Source: an uncultured Pseudomonadota bacterium (GTDB lineage Bacteria > BMS3Abin14). From it: DNA of 12,382 bases. Shown one piece after another: positions 1 through 6,337 of this stretch; positions within the stretch are counted from its first letter, which is position 1, and every line of letters begins with the position of its first letter. The DNA lies in NCBI GenBank assembly GCA_964454175.1, contig CAYVSA010000037.1, forward strand, positions 1-12,382, written 5' to 3'. The notes below the pieces were generated by a model. The model worked only from the letters and a program-made list of their open reading frames with translations, made no database searches and had not been told where the DNA came from. The position numbers were made by a program, and so were the translations under genes.

Positions 1-15
1 CCGACCGTGTCCCTG

Positions 16-38
16 GTCCAATGTCCAACGTCCAACGT
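16..38. repeat. Heptamer tandem repeat (GTCCAAY)x3
   Basis: GTCCAAT-GTCCAAC-GTCCAAC-GT read directly at 16-38. Confidence 0.7.
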
Positions 39-240
39 GTTAAATATAACCATATAAGAACAAGACCATTCCTCTGGCCGGAAGGCCACAAGTGAACCTG
101 CCCTGACCCCATAATTGACCTGTTCACAAAGTGGTGAGAAATTTCATAGGAAAAATGAATACTTCTGTTGACTTTACTGGTCCAATTTAGCGACACTGTG
201 CCCTGACAAATTAAGGGGGAGTTAGCGCAACAAAGGATGG

Positions 241-1365
241 TTGCTTGTGAAAGAGACAGAAAAAGACGTTAAGTACTATCGTGATCTACTGAACTACCTG
301 CACGAAGACATCCTTGTGATTAACAGGGATTACGTAATTACCGATGCGAACAACAACGTGCTCCAGACGTCAGGTTACTCAAAGGATGAGGTCATCGGTA
401 AACGCTGTTACGAGGTGTCCCACGGAATAAGCGAACCCTGTTCGGGTGATGACCACCACTGCCTGCACAGGGATATCTTCGAGACTGGTGAGCCGGCAAA
501 AGCACTTCACCAGCACAAATCCAGGGATGGAAAGAGCAGGTGGGTGGAGATCATGGCCTCCCCCATGAAGGACGAGGAGGGCCGGGTTACTCACATGATA
601 GAGTCGGTAAGGGATGTCACCGAACTGAAGCTGCTTCAGCAAGAATTAGTACAGTCCCAGAAGATGGAGAACCTTGGAAATCTGGCCGGGGGAATAGCCC
701 ACGACTTCAATAATATCCTGTCAGCCATCATGGGGATAACTGATATAGCGATTGCCCATGTTTCTGAGGGAAAATCGGTCCTGAAGGAGCTTAAATATCT
801 TAGCGAACTGAATGAAAAAGCTGCAAAACTGGTTCATCAGATTTTAGCTTTCGGCCGAAAGCAAGCATTAGTTCTGGAGCCACAAGATCTGAATCAGAAT
901 GTGGAGTTGCTGGTTAAACTTCTCGGCCAGATAATGCTGAAGAAAGTGGAGTTTCAGGCTGAGCTTGAAAAGAACCTTTGGCTGGCAGAGGTGGATTCCG
1001 GCCAGGTCGATCAGATACTAATGAACCTTTGCATTAATTCCGGGGATGCTATGCCTGATGGAGGTAAAATAGAGATAAAAACATGTAATGTTGAACTGGA
1101 TGATGCCTTCTGCCTGAAACACCATGAATTGCAACCTGGTCGGTATGTCCAGATAACAGTTTCAGATAACGGAAGTGGTATGAACGAGGAAACTCAGAAA
1201 ATGATCTTCGACCCTTTTTTCACCACTAAAGAACCAGGAAAGGGGACAGGTCTCGGATTATCTGTTGTCTTTGGGATCATTAAACAGCATATGGGCATGA
1301 TCAAGGTTTCAAGTGAGGTCGACAAGGGCACAATATTTGAGATGTATTTCCCTGCATGCGATTAA
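241..1365 (+). CDS. Cytoplasmic PAS-domain sensor histidine kinase (PAS/PAC-HisKA-HATPase_c), no receiver domain
   Basis: PAS/PAC N-terminus (ILVINRDYVITDAN...RWVEIMASPMKDEEGRVTHMIESVRDVTE), H-box GGIAHDFNNIL, N-box QILMNLCINSGDAM, G1 VSDNGSGM, F-box IFDPFFTTK, G2 GTGLGLSVV. No transmembrane segment. Start is uncertain (TTG 241 or GTG 247, after AAGGA). Confidence 0.93.
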   Translation: MLVKETEKDVKYYRDLLNYLHEDILVINRDYVITDANNNVLQTSGYSKDEVIGKRCYEVSHGISEPCSGDDHHCLHRDIFETGEPAKALHQHKSRDGKSRWVEIMASPMKDEEGRVTHMIESVRDVTELKLLQQELVQSQKMENLGNLAGGIAHDFNNILSAIMGITDIAIAHVSEGKSVLKELKYLSELNEKAAKLVHQILAFGRKQALVLEPQDLNQNVELLVKLLGQIMLKKVEFQAELEKNLWLAEVDSGQVDQILMNLCINSGDAMPDGGKIEIKTCNVELDDAFCLKHHELQPGRYVQITVSDNGSGMNEETQKMIFDPFFTTKEPGKGTGLGLSVVFGIIKQHMGMIKVSSEVDKGTIFEMYFPACD

Positions 1366-1428
1366 TATGCAGTTTCTAAATCCTGGTTAATCACAAGAAA
1401 CCCTGTCCAACCGCAGAGGTCTTTTTCT

Positions 1429-1872
1429 ATGATCTACATCGACGCCGACGCCTGTCCTGTGAAGGAAGAGACATACAAGGTAGCTGATCGTTACTCTGTT
1501 AAAGTCTGTGTAGTCGCCAACAGCTGGATGAGAATTCCCCATAATGAACGGGTGACGCTTCGGGTAGTTTCCGGTGATTTTGACGCTGCAGATGACTGGA
1601 TCGCAGAACACGCAGGACGGGGTGACATTGTTATCACCGGCGATATTCCGTTGGCGGCGAGGTGTATTGGATCCGGTGCCAGGGTCCTCGGCACCAGGGG
1701 AAGCGAGTTTACGGAAGCGGGGATCGGCGACGCCCTGGCCATGCGGGCCTTAAAGGATCATCTGCGCCAGTCAGGGGAGATCACGGGGGGGCCGGCTCCC
1801 ATGGACAAAAAAAGCCGTTCCCGGTTCCTGTCAAAGTTAGATGAGATCATCAATGCCATAAGGCACGAATAA
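1429..1872 (+). CDS. yaiI: YaiI/YqxD family protein (UPF0178/DUF188)
   Basis: Family motifs [31 protein letters not shown] and TGGPAP; typical length of 147 aa; AGAGG ribosome-binding site upstream. Confidence 0.92.
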   Translation: MIYIDADACPVKEETYKVADRYSVKVCVVANSWMRIPHNERVTLRVVSGDFDAADDWIAEHAGRGDIVITGDIPLAARCIGSGARVLGTRGSEFTEAGIGDALAMRALKDHLRQSGEITGGPAPMDKKSRSRFLSKLDEIINAIRHE

Positions 1873-1909
1873 AACACTGGGACCTGACCCCAATTTCACC
1901 AATTTCATG

Positions 1910-1915
1910 TATAAT
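1910..1915 (+). promoter_or_regulatory. Putative -10 box (TATAAT) for glnS
   Basis: Perfect TATAAT ending 10 nt before the glnS ATG; no good -35 box and no Shine-Dalgarno sequence. Confidence 0.45.
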
Positions 1916-1925
1916 CATTAACCAT

Positions 1926-3620
1926 ATGATCAGCAACGAAAAAAAATCGGCAGGCCTTGATTTCATCCGCCAGATAGCCGCCGATGACCTTGCATCTGGA
2001 AAGCACAAAACTGTTGTGACAAGGTTCCCGCCGGAGCCAAACGGCCACCTGCACATAGGCCATGCCAAGAGCATCACCCTCAATTTCGGCCTTGCAGGCG
2101 AAATTCCCGGAGGGCAATGCCACCTGCGCTTTGACGACAGCAACCCGGAAACGGAGGACATGGAGTACGTTGAGGCTATCAAGGATGACGTCAAATGGCT
2201 GGGCTACGATTGGGGAGATCACCTTTACTTTGCCTCGGATTACTTCGAGAAACTCTATGATTTTGCCGTGCGGCTCATCAGGGCCGGAAAAGCATACGTG
2301 TGCAGCCTTTCAGAAGATGAAATACGCTCCTACCGCGGTACCGTCACGGCACCGGGGACAGACAGCCCCGATCGCGGCCGGAGCGCTGAAGAGAACCTTG
2401 ATCTTTTTTCCCGCATGCGCAGCGGTGAATTCTCCGATGGAGAGCACGTACTCAGGGCGAAGATAGACATGTCTTCGCCGAACATGAAGATGCGCGACCC
2501 TCTTCTTTACCGCATCCGCCACGCTCCCCACTACCGTACCGGCGACAAATGGTGCGTCTACCCCATGTACGACTTCGCACACTGCCTGTCTGACGCCATT
2601 GAGGGCATCACCCACTCCCTTTGCACCCTGGAGTTCGAGAACAATCGCCCACTCTACGACTGGATAATTGATAATGTCCCGGCGCCATCGAAGCCTCGCC
2701 AGATCGAGTTCGCCCGCCTGAACCTCAACTTTACGGTTATGAGCAAGCGAAAGCTAATAGAGCTGGTTGAAGGCAGGCGCGTCTCCGGCTGGGACGACCC
2801 CCGCCTTCCAACTATTGCCGGTTTGAGGCGAAGAGGCGTGACGCCGGAGGCGATCAGGAGTTTCTGCGGACGTATCGGAGTCGCAAAGGCCAACAGTGTT
2901 ATTGACGTCGCTCTGCTGGAAAAAGCCATCCGGGATGATCTGAACCCGGCGACACCGCGTGTAATGGGGGTTCTTGATCCCATTAAAGTGGTAATTATCA
3001 ACTACCCTGAAGAGCAGACGGAAGAACTCGAGGCGCCCTACTTCCCTGACGAACCTGAAAAAATGGGATATCGTAAAGTGCCCTTTTCCAGAGAGCTGTA
3101 TATTGAGCGGTCCGATTTCATGGAAGACCCACCCAAAAAGTTCTTCAGGCTGGCCCCCGGAAGGGAAGTCAGGCTCAGATGGGCCTATCTGGTAACCTGC
3201 GTTGAGGCGCAGAAGAACGATAAAGGAGAAGTGACCGAGATTCACTGCACTTACGATCCCAATACCAGGGGTGGGGATGCTCCCGATGGACGCAGGGTGA
3301 AGGGGACTATCCACTGGGTTTCCGCCTCTCATGCCCTGTCTGCCGAAGTCAGGCTGTATGATCGGCTTTTCAGTGAACCTGCACCCGACAGCGGGAAGGA
3401 TTCGGATTTCAAGCAGCACATCAATCCCCACTCACTGGATGTCGTTGAGGCAAGGGTTGAGAAGAGCCTTGAAAACGCCGGGCCCGGGGAAAGGTTCCAG
3501 TTTGAGAGGACAGGTTACTTTTATACGGACCCTGAGGACCATACACCTGAGCGCCCCGTATTCAACAGGATCGTTCCCCTCAGGGACTCTTGGGCGAAGA
3601 TCGCAGGTAAGTCGAAGTAG
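1926..3620 (+). CDS. glnS: Glutamine--tRNA ligase (GlnRS)
   Basis: TRFPPEPNGHLHIGHAKSI (HIGH motif), LRFDDSNP, YPMYDFAH, ITHSLCTLEF, VMSKRKL (KMSKS-equivalent), GWDDPRLPT and C-terminal FQFERTGYF. 564 aa with no appended YqeY domain. Confidence 0.98.
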   Translation: MISNEKKSAGLDFIRQIAADDLASGKHKTVVTRFPPEPNGHLHIGHAKSITLNFGLAGEIPGGQCHLRFDDSNPETEDMEYVEAIKDDVKWLGYDWGDHLYFASDYFEKLYDFAVRLIRAGKAYVCSLSEDEIRSYRGTVTAPGTDSPDRGRSAEENLDLFSRMRSGEFSDGEHVLRAKIDMSSPNMKMRDPLLYRIRHAPHYRTGDKWCVYPMYDFAHCLSDAIEGITHSLCTLEFENNRPLYDWIIDNVPAPSKPRQIEFARLNLNFTVMSKRKLIELVEGRRVSGWDDPRLPTIAGLRRRGVTPEAIRSFCGRIGVAKANSVIDVALLEKAIRDDLNPATPRVMGVLDPIKVVIINYPEEQTEELEAPYFPDEPEKMGYRKVPFSRELYIERSDFMEDPPKKFFRLAPGREVRLRWAYLVTCVEAQKNDKGEVTEIHCTYDPNTRGGDAPDGRRVKGTIHWVSASHALSAEVRLYDRLFSEPAPDSGKDSDFKQHINPHSLDVVEARVEKSLENAGPGERFQFERTGYFYTDPEDHTPERPVFNRIVPLRDSWAKIAGKSK

Positions 3621-3623
3621 AAG

Positions 3624-3646
3624 GTTTCCTGTTTCTGGTTTCTAGT
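3624..3646. repeat. Heptamer tandem repeat (GTTTCYN)x3
   Basis: GTTTCCT-GTTTCTG-GTTTCTA-GT, starting 3 nt after the glnS stop. Confidence 0.6.
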
Positions 3647-3748
3647 AAACACTGAGCCAAGTGCCTTTCTCCGCGGTTCTCAGCGCTAAGGGCTGAATAG
3701 CTCTCACTGCGGCCATCTGCGTTAAAGCTCTTGTCTTCTCAAGTTACC

Positions 3749-3789
3749 TGTTTTTCAATCTCTGATCTCAGATTTATAATTTGAAAACA
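3749..3789 (+). promoter_or_regulatory. Putative sigma70 promoter of the multiheme cytochrome, overlapped by inverted repeats
   Basis: TTTTCA (3752-3757), 17-bp spacer, TATAAT (3775-3780). Bracketed by TGTTTTTCAA (3749-3758) and TTGAAAACA (3781-3789), with an inner TCTGA-TC-TCAGA (3761-3772). Confidence 0.55.
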
Positions 3790-3832
3790 TTCTCCCCTTT
3801 CGGATAAACTGTCAGAGCCAAGAGGGGGGTGT

Positions 3833-5524
3833 ATGAATTGGGGACCTGAAAGGCCTTCGCCGAAAGACGCCTGGATTATCTGTGGTGTTGTGAAAAAATA
3901 TGCTGCAGCAAAAAACCGTTTGCTGAGGCCGGCATGCCTCGCCGTTTTGCTTCTTGGGCTCTTACTCTTTCTCTCCGCTGGAGGCCGCCTCGCCGCGGGC
4001 ACGCTAAGCGACCTCGACCTTGCAAACAGAGTAGAACAAACTGTGCACACTGAAGAGTTTATTGAAAACCCGCACGGTTTTTCCTGTGATGAGTGCCACA
4101 CCCTTTCTGGTCTGGAACAGGAACCCCCCGAATACGCGATCCCAACAAACTCGATAGAACTGTGCCTTGGCTGTCACACCCCTTCTCACCTTCATCCCGT
4201 CGGTGTCCCGGCAGAAAACGCTGCCGACGACATCTCAAAGGTCTGGCTTCCCCTGGGTAAGGGTGACCTTGCCGGCAAGGTCGTCTGCCTGACGTGCCAC
4301 TACATGCACGAAAATAAATATCGACATTATATCTTGCGAGGTGATTCTGGGCCCACATGGGACAGACAGGATTATATCTGCAAGTGCTGTCACGCAGGCC
4401 AGCTTTTCAGCCGGTCCCCACACGACCCCCAGAGTAAGGCGTGCTCCTTTTGCCACACTTCGATCCCCGAAAAGGGGCAGCCGCTGAGCGAGATCCTGAA
4501 TAAAAACGTCCAGGCCGGCTGCGATTTTTGCCACGGCGCTTTGGATAAGGCCCATTTTCTGTCGGTAAACCCCTTTGCCGACCCTGAAGTTACCTGGAGG
4601 TTCGATAAGGTCGGGATACCGATGCTCAACGGCAGGTTTACATGTATAAGCTGTCACGACCCCCACGCCTTCGAGAGCAGGAAGGAGAAGATGCTTCGCC
4701 CAAGCTATCTCGTGCTGGCGTCCCGGTCCAACCACGTCGACCCCCACTGGAAGGAAGTGATGTGTATCGCCTGCCACGAGAAGGCACCGGAAAAGGGCCA
4801 GCCTAACCTGAGATTCCGGGGAAACATCAACCAACTCTGCGACAGATGTCATAATGGCCAGTTCGCCAGAAGGGATATCCACCCCGTGGGAGTCATTCCT
4901 TCAGGGAAAGTTAAAGTACCCGACAACATGCCCCTGACGGGCGGAAGGATAACCTGCAGTACCTGCCACAATTCTTCTCTTCAGGAGGGTGGTGAGAAGC
5001 GGGGCTCAGCGTTGGAAACCAACCCCAAATTCATCAGGAATGGTTTTAAAGTCAGGAACAAGTTCTGCTTCAGGTGCCACATCATAGGAGAGTATGGGAA
5101 AATGAACCCCCACAAGCAGCTGGATTCCACGGGCAGGATCAAGGAGCAGGTCTGCCTCTTCTGCCATACTTCCCAGCCGAACGTGAAGGTTATGGGGATC
5201 GAGCATGTTGGTTTTAACGCTGAGTCCCTGGATGAGTACTGTACTTCCTGTCACGACAGGCCGGATTTTCAGGAAAACCACCCAAGCGGGCCCCACCTCG
5301 TGGAACCAACAGGAGATGTCCTCGATGCTATCACAACGGCGCCGAGGAGGATCGGTGTTGAGCTTCCCCTCTATCGATCCCGAATTACCTGTGCTACGTG
5401 CCACAATCCCCACCAGAAAGGTGTAATTCGCATCGAGGCAGCTGCAAAAGGCGCTGACTTCCCGTTTCGCCTGAGACTCGGGGACAGTTTCCTGATCTGC
5501 AGGGGATGTCACACGGATAAGTGA
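3833..5524 (+). CDS. Secreted/periplasmic multiheme c-type cytochrome with 15 CxxCH motifs (doubled-CXXCH type)
   Basis: Motifs counted: CDECH, CLGCH, CLTCH, CKCCH, CSFCH, CDFCH, CISCH, CIACH, CDRCH, CSTCH, CFRCH, CLFCH, CTSCH, CATCH, CRGCH. Basic plus hydrophobic signal/anchor segment (KNRLLRPACLAVLLLGLLLFLSAGGRLAAG). AGAGGGGGG RBS before ATG 3833; alternative GTG start at 3890. Confidence 0.95.
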   Translation: MNWGPERPSPKDAWIICGVVKKYAAAKNRLLRPACLAVLLLGLLLFLSAGGRLAAGTLSDLDLANRVEQTVHTEEFIENPHGFSCDECHTLSGLEQEPPEYAIPTNSIELCLGCHTPSHLHPVGVPAENAADDISKVWLPLGKGDLAGKVVCLTCHYMHENKYRHYILRGDSGPTWDRQDYICKCCHAGQLFSRSPHDPQSKACSFCHTSIPEKGQPLSEILNKNVQAGCDFCHGALDKAHFLSVNPFADPEVTWRFDKVGIPMLNGRFTCISCHDPHAFESRKEKMLRPSYLVLASRSNHVDPHWKEVMCIACHEKAPEKGQPNLRFRGNINQLCDRCHNGQFARRDIHPVGVIPSGKVKVPDNMPLTGGRITCSTCHNSSLQEGGEKRGSALETNPKFIRNGFKVRNKFCFRCHIIGEYGKMNPHKQLDSTGRIKEQVCLFCHTSQPNVKVMGIEHVGFNAESLDEYCTSCHDRPDFQENHPSGPHLVEPTGDVLDAITTAPRRIGVELPLYRSRITCATCHNPHQKGVIRIEAAAKGADFPFRLRLGDSFLICRGCHTDK

Positions 5525-5533
5525 AGGGGATGC

Positions 5534-5649
5534 TTGACAAAATAGAATATATATACTAATAAGTATATTAAACCTAATTTAAGTATATATACTAATTAGA
5601 TTAGTTAAACTAATTAGTATAAAAAGACTAATTAGAATAAGTAGCCTAT
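5534..5649 (+). promoter_or_regulatory. tetR promoter region: TTGACA -35 box followed by six tandem 18-bp operator-like quasi-palindromes (TTAG-N10-CTAA)
   Basis: TTGACA at 5534-5539; units begin at 5542, 5560, 5578, 5596, 5614 and 5632 (exact 18-bp period). 18 G+C in 110 nt (5541-5650). The operator role is inferred from position upstream of a TetR gene; the -10 box at 17-bp spacing (TAATAA) is poor. Confidence 0.7.
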
Positions 5650-5665
5650 ATCTACTGGGTGGTCT

Positions 5666-6292
5666 ATGGGAAAGTCATCAGAGACAAGAACCAGGATACT
5701 TGAAGTGTCAATCAGGCTGTTTAACGCGCTGGGAACGGGGAAGGTGTCTACAAACCGGATCGCGGCCACCGCCGGCATGAGCCCGGGCAACCTCTACTAC
5801 CATTATTCAAGTAAGAAGCAGATACTGCATGCAGTGTTTGATCGCATTGAAAAGGGGCTCAGGATGCTTTGGGCGGTGCCGGAAGATGGAGTCCTCAATT
5901 CTGGCTACCTTCGGCCCGCACTTTCGGGAACGTTTACCCTGATGTGGGAGCACAGATTCTTTCAAAGAGAGCTCAACATGCTCCTTCACGGGGATGAAGA
6001 CCTGAAAGAACGATATCGTTTAATGAGGAAGCTTCAAGCCGAATCCATCAACACCTATTTTACCAGCCTGGCAGACGATGGCATCCTTTCCAAACCCTCG
6101 AAGCCGGAGGCGTTTGAGAACCTCCTCGTCTTATGCCAAATGGTAATTGACTTCTGGCTTTCGGAAGTTGACATGGGAGGGCGGCAGGTAAATTCTGATA
6201 CAATTGGAGAAGGAGTAAACCTGGCCCTGGAAGGATTCCGCCCGTATTTAACAACCGAGGCGTATGGGGAGCTGATCAGTACGGATAAATAG
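5666..6292 (+). CDS. TetR/AcrR family transcriptional regulator
   Basis: N-terminal HTH TRTRILEVSIRLFNALGTGKVSTNRIAATAGMSPGNLYYHYSSKKQIL; the SPGNLYYH signature and WEHRFFQRE resemble the PhaD-like TetR subfamily; 208 aa. Confidence 0.95.
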   Translation: MGKSSETRTRILEVSIRLFNALGTGKVSTNRIAATAGMSPGNLYYHYSSKKQILHAVFDRIEKGLRMLWAVPEDGVLNSGYLRPALSGTFTLMWEHRFFQRELNMLLHGDEDLKERYRLMRKLQAESINTYFTSLADDGILSKPSKPEAFENLLVLCQMVIDFWLSEVDMGGRQVNSDTIGEGVNLALEGFRPYLTTEAYGELISTDK

Positions 6293-6337
6293 GTTTCCGG
6301 TGGGTAGTTTTCAGCTGGGCTTGTAATCTCGAATGCC

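Noticed and set aside
111-128. CRP/FNR-like site ATTGACCTGTTCACA
   Set aside because: Half-site spacing is 5 nt rather than the 6 needed for CRP, and the match to FNR is poor.
60-130. Possible riboswitch or ncRNA (TGGCC-GGAA-GGCCA hairpin at 75-88; GTGAAC/GTTCAC at 92-97 and 122-127)
   Set aside because: Only short stems; the conserved c-di-GMP-I (GEMM) or other riboswitch motifs are not recognisable. An Infernal/Rfam scan would be needed to revisit this.
1363-1431. yaiI is in frame with the kinase, with 21 sense codons after the TAA (possible read-through fusion)
   Set aside because: TAA is rarely read through, yaiI has its own RBS, and an open in-frame 63-nt gap is easily a chance event.
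3836-3880. Possible c-di-GMP/cGAMP riboswitch ahead of an alternative GTG start (3890) of the cytochrome (contains CGAAAGACGC)
   Set aside because: It lacks the GGCAAA...GAAA...GACGCAAAGC architecture and a second stem; ATG 3833 has a strong RBS, so the stretch is probably coding.
5542-5649. Array as a mini-CRISPR, dif site or replication origin
   Set aside because: The 18-bp period with 8-9 bp conserved cores is far too short for CRISPR and no cas genes are present. TAGAATATATAT (5543-5554) resembles part of a Firmicutes-type dif site, but no TTATGT(T/A)AA XerD arm follows at the right spacing. No DnaA boxes (TTATCCACA) or rep gene were seen.
6293-6337. Expected bidirectional terminator between convergent tetR and REC-PilZ genes
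   Set aside because: No convincing stem-loop with a U-tract was found in the 45-bp gap.
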